Virus record (IMG/VR): IMGVR_UViG_3300020196_000003
Direction: 5' to 3' (one strand)
Source of the DNA: a virus
DNA length: 64,000 nt
The notes under the pieces were generated by a model. It worked only from the letters and a program-made list of their open reading frames with translations. It was not told the DNA's origin and did not search any database. This document shows, in pieces, positions 48,172-56,974 of the stretch (the stretch's first letter is position 1; each line of letters starts with the position of its first letter). Both the position numbers and the translations under genes were made by a program.

Positions 48172-50109
48172 TTATCTCAATTCTCTCAAATCGAATGTTC
48201 TAACACCATCCACGGTAATTCTCCCGTAGAATCTGTTGTTCACCATCTTCTTCGCGTATCTGGTCATAATACCTTTGATTGGCGTAAAGTTGAATGGGTT
48301 ATACATTGTAGGTGTTAATTGTAGAGGAACATACGGTGCGTAAATGTAACCTGTGTCTAATAATGAAGTTCCTTTGTGTCCGATCAAAACTTGGTTTGGT
48401 GGGAAGTAAGGATCACGATAAACTTGGTAACGTCCTGAAAGTGTACCTACTCTTTCAATACCCATGTTGTATTGGTCTTGCTCAGGAGCCGCGTTAGATA
48501 CGTGGAAGTATTCTAAATCGTCAAAGATAGCAGAAACCTCAGATGATACAACAATCCAGTTAGCTCCACCTCTCAAAGTAGATTTGTGGATTTGTGCTGA
48601 CAATTGGTTGATTGCAGTAATCATAGTTTGGTTCCAATCTTTCTGAGTATAAGAAACTTGGTTGTTGATTCTTCTCCATCCGTTGTAGTCCCAACGTAAC
48701 TGCCATGCCGCTCCTTTTCTCAAGTCACGTAAGATTTCACGGTCAATTTCAGCTGCAACTTGCTCTGATAACAAAGCCGTCAATTCGGCCTCAGCATCAA
48801 TGTTGTGGAATGCAGCAACGTCTTGTGCTAACTCAGGTGACCACTGTGCTCTTAGTTTTCTTTCTGTAACAGATACAGTTACTGACTCAAGGTCAAAAGA
48901 AACCTCACCAATTTGATCTTCAAATTCCAAATTGGCATATCTTCTATACCATGCGGTAAATGAAGATGCTGATGATCCTGATGAGATTGTTGTCCCTGTA
49001 TATCCGTCTAACGAAGTCGCATCACAATCAGCACATACAGGACAAGATAAATCAACCTCTAACCAAATACAACCATTTTCATCACAAATGTCATTATAGT
49101 TACCACCATTACCACCGTTAGATGGACTGTTTGGATAACCTGACGCATTTGTGAACACAGTTGCTGCGTTGCTACCATATTTTACAATACCTTTACCATA
49201 GATTTGAGTTACAACTCTAAATAATAGAGGAGCGTAAACTGTGGATCCATTATAAGTAGTTGTTGTTACACTACAAGGTGTTGTTGCTGCTGAGAAACCA
49301 TTAGCCGCGTAAATTCTAAGGTCAGAAAGGAATGACTCAGTGTCCATTTCGTTACCATCAGGACCGATAAGTTTTCCAGCTCCTGAATTCATGAAACCAC
49401 AAAGTTTAACGATAACTTTTCTATAGTTACCTGCTGGAATAATTTCACCAGCACCAATGTTAGCGTTTACTAACTCAGAACCGGCCCATGCTTGAACTAA
49501 CGTAGTTGCAGTGACCGCAGTCCACTTACCTTTAGAGTAGTCAAATAATCCAGGAGGATCTAATGACGCTTCGTTGCCTTCGTAAAATAAATCGTAAAGA
49601 TTTTTTTTGTAGTAGTAATCATTGGTAGGATATCCTTGGCTAGGATTGTTCAAATTGGCATTAACCGCTTCTGGTGAACCGATTGGTGCGTAATGATCAC
49701 CACCCGCTGTTGCGTTAGATGGTGAGGAATTTGGATAAAGGTTTGCATACGTAGAACTAAGATTTTGATATCCTTGAATACGTGGTACAAAGTAGAACAA
49801 TTTACCAATAGGTAAATTCATTGCTTGTACTGATACGATGTCGTTAGCTAACAATTTAGAAAATACACGTCTTACAATCGGGAAAACAACTGTTTCGAAT
49901 GCTCCATTTGAAGTTCCGTCAGAAGTTGCTTCGTTGATTAAAAAAGATGCTTGATTTTCGTATAATTGTGCTACGTTTTCTTTTAGGTGACCTCTTAGGC
50001 CATCTAAAAAACCTAATTTGTCCCATTTGTTAATTGTGTCTTCTTTGATAACTTTAAGGTGTTTTAACCCGATGTTACCAACAAGACCTGATTCTAATAA
50101 AGCTCCCAT
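48172..50109 (-). CDS. T4 gp23-like major capsid protein with large insertion
   Basis: VSVQAMNLPIG, ERKLRAQWSPELAQD..AFHNIDAEAEL, EIDREIL, GYIYAPYVPL, GIMTRYA. Confidence 0.95.
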   Translation of the reverse strand: MGALLESGLVGNIGLKHLKVIKEDTINKWDKLGFLDGLRGHLKENVAQLYENQASFLINEATSDGTSNGAFETVVFPIVRRVFSKLLANDIVSVQAMNLPIGKLFYFVPRIQGYQNLSSTYANLYPNSSPSNATAGGDHYAPIGSPEAVNANLNNPSQGYPTNDYYYKKNLYDLFYEGNEASLDPPGLFDYSKGKWTAVTATTLVQAWAGSELVNANIGAGEIIPAGNYRKVIVKLCGFMNSGAGKLIGPDGNEMDTESFLSDLRIYAANGFSAATTPCSVTTTTYNGSTVYAPLLFRVVTQIYGKGIVKYGSNAATVFTNASGYPNSPSNGGNGGNYNDICDENGCIWLEVDLSCPVCADCDATSLDGYTGTTISSGSSASSFTAWYRRYANLEFEDQIGEVSFDLESVTVSVTERKLRAQWSPELAQDVAAFHNIDAEAELTALLSEQVAAEIDREILRDLRKGAAWQLRWDYNGWRRINNQVSYTQKDWNQTMITAINQLSAQIHKSTLRGGANWIVVSSEVSAIFDDLEYFHVSNAAPEQDQYNMGIERVGTLSGRYQVYRDPYFPPNQVLIGHKGTSLLDTGYIYAPYVPLQLTPTMYNPFNFTPIKGIMTRYAKKMVNNRFYGRITVDGVRTFDLRELR

Positions 50110-50138
50110 TTTTTTTATTTTATTTTTTAGTTTATTTT

Positions 50139-51779
50139 TTATTTTATTTTTAACATCAAATCCTTCATTCTTAAAAATTGAGGATTCTCATACGTTTTTG
50201 ACTCAATTAAGTTTACTGCTGAACCTGTTTCAACAGATTTATTTACAGTTCTTTCAATTGATTCGGTTAATTTTTGTTCTGAACCTGAACTTACTGAAGA
50301 TGACAATTCATTTTTAATAGTTCGGTAAAGATTTTTAGATTCTTTCAAAGATTCAACATTATCAAATCTTCTTAGAATATTTATTTTTTCTTGTTTAGTT
50401 GTTGAGTGTTCAGTGAACAAACGAGTTGCATAAGCTAAATTTGAATTAAAAACCGCAACTTCATTGATTTTGGTTCTGAAAACGTCTAAAGCTTTTTTAT
50501 ACTCGTTATTTTTTTCTTTTAACATTTCAACTTCTTCATTTATTCTTGTGTGCGGTCTTACTCTGATTTCTTTTCTGTTAACATTTTGATCAGAACCTTT
50601 TCTGTTTCCAACTTTATTGGCTCTGGTGTAACTATTAGTTCGTACGGCTTCTTTAGTTTCCATTTTTCTAACATTCTTGAAATCACCATTCGTTTCGTCC
50701 TTATATTCAAATTTTGCTTTACCTGTTCCCATGGCTTTAGTTCCTTTTCCAAAAGCTTCTTTTCTTTTTTCATTAAACCCTCCGCTCATGTTAGGTTTTT
50801 TACCATATGCAAATTTAGGACCACGACCAATACCGACACCTTTATTTTTGATTGATTTTTTGGTTTTTTCAACGGCTTCAGCGATTGCATTTTCTAAGTC
50901 ATCTCCTTCGAATTCATAAACTTTTTCTTCACTTCCGTAACCATCTTCTTCTTCAAGACCAATTCCGCCCATCATAGCACCTTTTGCGGCACCAGCCCAA
51001 GACCAACCTTCATTATATTCATGTTCAGGCTCGCTATCTATATCTTCGCCCAATTTATAATCGGATTCGTCATATATGTTCTTACCAAACTTGCTTGAAG
51101 TGTCCCCATCCATTTCTATTTCATATATTACTTCATTCATTTTTCTTTCTGATTCTCTTAGTCGTATCATATATTCGTTATCACCGTCTTCAAGGTGTAA
51201 CATTTCACCTTCTTTTTTTATAACGATTCCATCATCATCTCCCATTGCTTTGAAAACTTTTAAGACTTCAGCGTCAGAAGCTCCTCTCATATCGATAGTT
51301 TCTCCTTCATCATCCATTTCCATGTCTTCATCATCCATTTCCATGTCTTCATCATCCATTTCCATGTCTTCATCATCCATTTCCATGTCTTCATCATCCA
51401 TTTCCATGTCTTCATCATCCATTTCCATGTCTTCATCATCCATTTCCATGTCTTCATCATCCATTTCCATGTCTTCATCATCCATTTCCATGTCTTCATC
51501 ATCCATTTCCATGTCTTCATCATCCATTTCCATGTCTTCATCATCAACATTGGTTTGAGTTTTCGCACTAGGCGCGGCTGGAGAGGTTCCTTGTTCCTTA
51601 ACCCCTTTTTTCTTCTTAGATTCCTGAAGGGATTCTTTTACTAATTGTCTGATTTCTTCACTCATCGTAGATTGAAGTATTCCTTTTGCATTTTCTTGTA
51701 GAGTCTCCTCCAAATTCCTAATTTGGAAAAGAGCGTCTTCTACTACATTTTGGTTGTTTGCCATAGTTGTTTTATTCAT
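50139..51779 (-). CDS. prohead core / scaffold protein
   Basis: Acidic coiled-coil protein between protease and MCP; many L/I-x-E sites. Confidence 0.75.
   Translation of the reverse strand: MNKTTMANNQNVVEDALFQIRNLEETLQENAKGILQSTMSEEIRQLVKESLQESKKKKGVKEQGTSPAAPSAKTQTNVDDEDMEMDDEDMEMDDEDMEMDDEDMEMDDEDMEMDDEDMEMDDEDMEMDDEDMEMDDEDMEMDDEDMEMDDEDMEMDDEGETIDMRGASDAEVLKVFKAMGDDDGIVIKKEGEMLHLEDGDNEYMIRLRESERKMNEVIYEIEMDGDTSSKFGKNIYDESDYKLGEDIDSEPEHEYNEGWSWAGAAKGAMMGGIGLEEEDGYGSEEKVYEFEGDDLENAIAEAVEKTKKSIKNKGVGIGRGPKFAYGKKPNMSGGFNEKRKEAFGKGTKAMGTGKAKFEYKDETNGDFKNVRKMETKEAVRTNSYTRANKVGNRKGSDQNVNRKEIRVRPHTRINEEVEMLKEKNNEYKKALDVFRTKINEVAVFNSNLAYATRLFTEHSTTKQEKINILRRFDNVESLKESKNLYRTIKNELSSSVSSGSEQKLTESIERTVNKSVETGSAVNLIESKTYENPQFLRMKDLMLKIK
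51305..51545. repeat. perfect 21-bp tandem repeat, ~11.5 copies, encoding (DDEDMEM)11
   Basis: Unit CTTCATCATCCATTTCCATGT repeated with no mismatch. Confidence 0.95.
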
Positions 51780-51839
51780 TTATTTACAAATAAATATCAT
51801 ATAATTTAAAAAAAATTAGTTTATTTAAATTTTAACAAA

Positions 51840-51879
51840 AAAAAAAGGGAAATAGACAAAAGTCCTTTTCCCTTTTTTC
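51840..51879 (-). terminator. rho-independent terminator
   Basis: A-run GGGAAATAGAC-AAAA-GTCCTTTTCCC T-run, imperfect hairpin. Confidence 0.65.
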
Positions 51880-51896
51880 TTAGATTTTTTAAAAAA

Positions 51897-52109
51897 TCAG
51901 CTTTCAATCACCTCATCAATTTTTGATTCTACAATTGATGTTATTCTCCAATCTTGAGAATACTGTTCATAAACTTTAGTTATTTTTGCCTCAACATCCG
52001 TTGGTGAAAAACCTTTAACTAATTTTTCTTCTCTTATTTTTTTGATTTTACCTGTGTTTTCATCAGGTATATCAGACGTAATTTTTGTAATAAAATATTT
52101 TTCGTTCAT
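51897..52109 (-). CDS. DUF4494-like small protein
   Basis: YF..KI....E.TGK.KK..E..LV...S.TD.EA.I pattern. Confidence 0.5.
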   Translation of the reverse strand: MNEKYFITKITSDIPDENTGKIKKIREEKLVKGFSPTDVEAKITKVYEQYSQDWRITSIVESKIDEVIES

Positions 52110-52116
52110 TTTTTTT

Positions 52117-52845
52117 TTATTTATGTAAATAATCGGACAATCTATTCATCAAGTCAAGTGATTTAGAACCTGCTTCACCAACATGTCTATTTGCATTCAT
52201 TTTTTTTTCTTCATCTAAACTCTCCTCGAACTTCAATCTTTCATTAGGTTCTCTAAACAAATATGCACCTGGTGTAGATGGAGATGATACTAAATCAAAA
52301 CAAATCAATTCAAAATCATCTTGAACTTCATTTTGTTCACCAACTTTTTTAAGAGACCCAACACCACGAGAAGAAATACCTAAAGTTACTCCTTGACGAA
52401 GGTAATTTGCCGCTAAATCACCTTTTGTCGACACAACACCCCTTTCATGAAAACCAGGTGATGTAAGTAATTTTAATTTGCCTAATAGTACAGGACCTTC
52501 CCACCAAATATCTGTTATCGAGTGTGATACACGATCCAAATCAATAAGAGACGATTCAGGATGGTTTAACTCAGAAAGAGCGGTTCCTTTTTGAATAATT
52601 TTTTTATAATTCTCAACTTCTCGTTTTAATATCTTCTCGGGATATATTCTTCCATTTCTATTCGGAGTGTCATATTTCTGAAGTACCGCATAAAACTCGA
52701 ATGGTTTCGAGTAGTCCAACATATCACGATTTTCTCTTATCATTGATAAATTTCTTCTTTCATTTGGATCAATGTAACCCGCATCATATTCTACAAGAAT
52801 ACCACAACCTAAATCTCTTGGACCTAATATTTTCAAACTGTTCAT
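52117..52845 (-). CDS. T4 gp21-like prohead protease
   Basis: NRNGRIYP, ELNHP, VSH, LGISSRGVGS, FDLVSSPSTPGA. Confidence 0.93.
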   Translation of the reverse strand: MNSLKILGPRDLGCGILVEYDAGYIDPNERRNLSMIRENRDMLDYSKPFEFYAVLQKYDTPNRNGRIYPEKILKREVENYKKIIQKGTALSELNHPESSLIDLDRVSHSITDIWWEGPVLLGKLKLLTSPGFHERGVVSTKGDLAANYLRQGVTLGISSRGVGSLKKVGEQNEVQDDFELICFDLVSSPSTPGAYLFREPNERLKFEESLDEEKKMNANRHVGEAGSKSLDLMNRLSDYLHK

Positions 52846-52867
52846 TTAATATTTTTATTAATAAATA

Positions 52868-53335
52868 CTAAATAGTTTCAGTTTCTTTCTTTAATGACTT
52901 TGGATTTCCATTTTTTGTAAGATAAAATTTAAAATATGTATTTTTGTTAATTATATCCCCATAAATTGATTTTATTAAACTTTTAACAAGTTTTTTAAGT
53001 TTTGGAGATTTGAAATCTATTTTGTTAATAAGAAATAGATTGATTTCTAAATTCAAAAAAGATTTCTTTTTTATTTGAAGTCCACTTGTTCTCAGATCTA
53101 AATCTACTATAAATTTTGTGTCAAAATATTCTTTGTTTAAGTTTTCTAAAACAGAGTGTTTTACCGATCTTGTCATGTTTAAAACAACACGGTTCCAATT
53201 TTCCACTTCATCTTTGGGTTCTGCCCATGTCTGAATGTTAATAAAAATTGATTTTAAATTTGTTGAGTCGATTGTACCAAAATGGGATTTAAAGGACCGA
53301 TATCCATTTAGTTTGATCGTTTTTCCTTTTTTCAT
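52868..53335 (-). CDS. hypothetical protein
   Basis: 155-aa ORF. Confidence 0.7.
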   Translation of the reverse strand: MKKGKTIKLNGYRSFKSHFGTIDSTNLKSIFINIQTWAEPKDEVENWNRVVLNMTRSVKHSVLENLNKEYFDTKFIVDLDLRTSGLQIKKKSFLNLEINLFLINKIDFKSPKLKKLVKSLIKSIYGDIINKNTYFKFYLTKNGNPKSLKKETETI

Positions 53336-53414
53336 AAATAATTTTCATATGCTTAAAGTTTATTTTTGATTAAATGTAAACATTATTTATATTTATATCA
53401 ACAATGGAAAATTT

Positions 53415-53603
53415 ATGTTGAAAGTAGAGATAAAAAAAGGAAATATTGAAAAGGGCTTGAAAGAGCTGAAAGCGAAAATTGTGAAAACTAAACAAAACAA
53501 TATTTTGTTAAATAGAAAAGAGTTTATTAAATTATCAGTTAGAAAAAGATCTCAAATCAAAAAAGCTATATACATTCAAAAATTGAAACTGAAACTAGAT
53601 TAA
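53415..53603 (+). CDS. rpsU: phage-encoded ribosomal protein bS21
   Basis: 62-aa basic protein: NIEKGLK.LK.K, R.EF.K(L)SV.KR, KAIYIQ; antisense within the head module. Confidence 0.8.
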   Translation: MLKVEIKKGNIEKGLKELKAKIVKTKQNNILLNRKEFIKLSVRKRSQIKKAIYIQKLKLKLD

Positions 53604-54310
53604 AGATCTCCTTTCAGTTGTTTTAATTTATAATAATTTAATTCATTAAAAGATTCGGTTTGAATTTTTTCCATAACTAAATCTATTGTTTTTAAAGTTT
53701 CGTTATCTGAATTTTTTTTTTGTTCCTCTAATTTTTCTAAAACAAAAAGTTTTGTTTCATTATAATTTTCAATTAATTTTTCTTTTGGAATATTTAGAAT
53801 TGTTTTGAGTTCTTTTTTTTCAGATTCAGTTAATGATTCAATGAATTTTGTAACCGTTCTATTTGCAACATTTATCATAGATTTCAAAGGAACATTAATT
53901 ACTTCTTTTTTCTTGTCTTTTTTACTTTTGAGAGTTTCTAAAATTATTTTTTTGCTTTGAATTTTACTCTCTAACGATAAAATATTTTTTGAAAACAGGT
54001 TGTCAATATCTTGATAATTGTTTTTACATTTGATATTACCAACCCACATTTTTAGTTCTTTAATATGTATAGGTGCTATTTTGTTTAAAGTATTTTCATA
54101 AACCGTAATGGATTCATGAATAAATTCTGTTGCTAAACTTTCCTGTAATTCTTTTTTAGACGATAACTCATCATAAATAAAAAATATTTTCGATATATTT
54201 TTGTTTTTCAAAACAAGTTCTTCAAAGATAAACAAATGATCTTTTATTTTGTTTTTCTTATATGACTCTGTCAAACAAACTTCTATTTTTGATTTTAATT
54301 CTCCAAACAT
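53600..54310 (-). CDS. hypothetical helical protein
   Basis: ORF track 53600..54319; likely ATG 54310 (MFGELK); motif at 54327-54333. Confidence 0.7.
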   Translation of the reverse strand: MFGELKSKIEVCLTESYKKNKIKDHLFIFEELVLKNKNISKIFFIYDELSSKKELQESLATEFIHESITVYENTLNKIAPIHIKELKMWVGNIKCKNNYQDIDNLFSKNILSLESKIQSKKIILETLKSKKDKKKEVINVPLKSMINVANRTVTKFIESLTESEKKELKTILNIPKEKLIENYNETKLFVLEKLEEQKKNSDNETLKTIDLVMEKIQTESFNELNYYKLKQLKGDL

Positions 54311-54347
54311 TTTATTCAATTTATTAATAAATATAAGGTAAATTAAT

Positions 54348-56162
54348 TTAATCTTTCAAAAGATTGGATAATTGATCTTTGATTGAGCCCAAAGAATTAT
54401 TAATTTTTTGAAATTCTAAAAATTCATCTTCATCAAATTCATCTTTATTTTCCATAATAAGTTTGAAGTTATCTTTTTTTACGGATTCAGGTATTGGTGG
54501 TGTCGGTCCACCTGCCGGTGGAGCCTCAGGTGCTGCGGGTGGTCCTTCAGCCTCTGCGGCAGGAGCTACTCCTTCAGGTGCCGCAGTTGATGTTGATGAT
54601 GTAGACGCTGTTACAGGTTTATATAATCTATCGAATGTATCAAATACACCGGTTTTGGTAATAATTGTTGCCGTGTTATCAAGTTCGGCAGAAACCGCTC
54701 TTTCCATTCTTATTTGAAGTAAATCGTTTTTAATTTCTTCATCAGAGAATCCAAATATATGTTTTTTTGCCCAAGTTGCAGACACCGCTTGTATCGATTT
54801 AGGAATTTCAGCAACCATATCTTTATACAATGTCATTTTTTGTGTCATGACCTCAACCATTAATAAATCTGCTTGTTTAGAGGGGTTTGTAAGTTGTAAT
54901 GTAAAATTTGATAACTCATCTTCAAATCCCATAAGAAACAAATGGATAATGGCTATCTTGTTCATTTCAGCAATTGCGGATTTTTGAATCCTATTAATTG
55001 TTCTTGCGAATCTAATGTCTAATAACGACAAGTTTTTACCATCTCCCACAGGTTCTTCAAATCCTAAATAAGCTTTAGGAATACGAAGTGCAGTAACTAA
55101 TTTTTTTTGGATATATTCAATATCGGCAATTTCAGAAAGGTTTGCTGCGCCAGCCAGAGTGTCAATTGGACTTGCTTGTGTAGCATCACGAACGGGGATA
55201 AAATAATCTTGGTCTACAGCCATTTGATTGAATCTCAAGTCGACATTACCTGTTTTTCTGTCAACAACCTGATCTCTTTTGAATTTATTAGCGACTCTTT
55301 GGACATATGCCTCAACGTCTTTGTCGTCCATATTACCAACAAATACTTTAAAAACTCTTCTCTCGGGAGCTCTTGATGTACGATAAATTAACATCGCATC
55401 TTCTGCTAAAACTAATTGCTTCCAAATACGTCTAGCTTTTTCTAACATCGATGTTCCATAAGGAAGTTTTCTATCATCCCCTAATAATCTAAAATGAGCT
55501 ACTTCCCAAGTATTAAATTCCGCATCTCTTGTTTTCCAAGAAAATTTGAGTGCTTTTCTATTCACATTAATAGTTGCGTTATATGTCCTTGCGTCCTCAC
55601 CTCTCTCTAATCTTTCAATTTCGATATTAGGTAATTGCAAACAACCCGTAACCCCTTTTTCAGAATCTAATTTTAAATAAACAAAATTATCGCCATACTT
55701 ACACATGTTTCTAATCCACATTGGTAAGTTTGTATTTATATCTAATGTATTGACAAATAAATCTACTAAAATACTTTTAATTCTTTTTGATTCTGAATAA
55801 ACTTGTAATACATAACCATCGTGATTTGGTGTGGTCGATTCTTCAGAGTATATATCTAATGCGGTTGAGATTTCAGGAGTATATTCCATAGATTCATAAT
55901 CGTAAAACGCTGCTAACCTTGTGGGTTCATAATATACTGCTTGGGTATATAAATTGTTCTCAACTTTAGTCCAATTTGTACTTAGATATAAAGATTGTTG
56001 ATTTTGGAGTTTTGCTCTTTCATACTCTTCCTTATCTTGGGTTTTTAATATTTCTTTTTTATCTAATTTGTAGTCTGGTCTTCCTTGACCTAAAGTGCTA
56101 TCAGGACCAAAAGTTTTGGCAAGTTTTTGCCAAACCGTTAGATTTTGATTGTTATTTTCCAT
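54348..56162 (-). CDS. T4 gp20-like portal protein
   Basis: EDAMLIYRTSRAPERRVFKVFVGN, DYFIP, TLAGA.NL.EI.DIEY, ALRIP. Confidence 0.95.
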   Translation of the reverse strand: MENNNQNLTVWQKLAKTFGPDSTLGQGRPDYKLDKKEILKTQDKEEYERAKLQNQQSLYLSTNWTKVENNLYTQAVYYEPTRLAAFYDYESMEYTPEISTALDIYSEESTTPNHDGYVLQVYSESKRIKSILVDLFVNTLDINTNLPMWIRNMCKYGDNFVYLKLDSEKGVTGCLQLPNIEIERLERGEDARTYNATINVNRKALKFSWKTRDAEFNTWEVAHFRLLGDDRKLPYGTSMLEKARRIWKQLVLAEDAMLIYRTSRAPERRVFKVFVGNMDDKDVEAYVQRVANKFKRDQVVDRKTGNVDLRFNQMAVDQDYFIPVRDATQASPIDTLAGAANLSEIADIEYIQKKLVTALRIPKAYLGFEEPVGDGKNLSLLDIRFARTINRIQKSAIAEMNKIAIIHLFLMGFEDELSNFTLQLTNPSKQADLLMVEVMTQKMTLYKDMVAEIPKSIQAVSATWAKKHIFGFSDEEIKNDLLQIRMERAVSAELDNTATIITKTGVFDTFDRLYKPVTASTSSTSTAAPEGVAPAAEAEGPPAAPEAPPAGGPTPPIPESVKKDNFKLIMENKDEFDEDEFLEFQKINNSLGSIKDQLSNLLKD

Positions 56163-56211
56163 ATTAATAATTTAACTATAGATATAAATATTTCAATAGT
56201 TATTTAAATGA

Positions 56212-56970
56212 CTATGGTGCTGGTGTTGTTGTAATTGGATTTGAAATTTTATATGTCTTATTATCTGAACTCGGACTTCCCATGGCAAAACTGTCTGTAT
56301 ACGGTGTAGTCAACGATGGGAATAAACATGGATTGGAACTTGTAAAATTATTTGTTGTTAATTATATACTAGATCCTGAACTATTTCTTATTTGAACATA
56401 AACAATCGAACCAACAGGAACTGTTATTGTTCCATATAATGTGTTAGATGGACAAAATGCTAAAGTTTGTGATAAACCTAATTGTAACCATGTTTGCCCG
56501 AGTGGGAAAGGTTGAGTTCCATCATATGTTCCTGATATCGCATACCATACAGTCGCATCAGTGGATGGTATAAATGAGTCCGCAGCAACTCTAATATTAA
56601 GATATCCCACAATAGGGCTTGGTGTTGGGGTTGGTGTGTTAGTGGGTGTGTTAGTTGGTGTAACTGTAGGTGTTTGTGTGGGTGTTATTGTAGGTGTGTT
56701 AGTTGGTGTAACTGTAGGTGTTTGTGTGGGTGTTTATGTCACGGATGGAGTTGGTGTAGGTGTTTGAGTTGGAATCGGAGTCGAAGTTGGTGTTGGATTA
56801 GGAGTTAAAAATGGTAGTATTTGTTCTAATAAATCATTATCTTTGGGGGCGGATTTTTTATATTGAAAAGCAGGTTGAAATACTTTTTGTCCTGTTGTAA
56901 CTTCACCAGAAACAACTAATCTTGATCCATTTGCAATTCTTCCAGATTTATTTCTAAATGATAATCCCAT
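56212..56970 (-). pseudogene. Pro-Thr-repeat gene interrupted by two in-frame TAA codons
   Basis: One frame from ATG 56970 to TAG 56212, with TAA at 56734-56736 (inside the TPTQTP repeat) and 56362-56364. Confidence 0.75.
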
Positions 56971-56974
56971 ACTT

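Noticed and set aside
51305-51545. Possible CRISPR array
   Set aside because: Contiguous repeats with no spacers, in frame within a CDS; no cas genes
51076-51568. (SSSSISM)n and (MMKTWKW)n ORFs
   Set aside because: Other frames of the 21-bp VNTR
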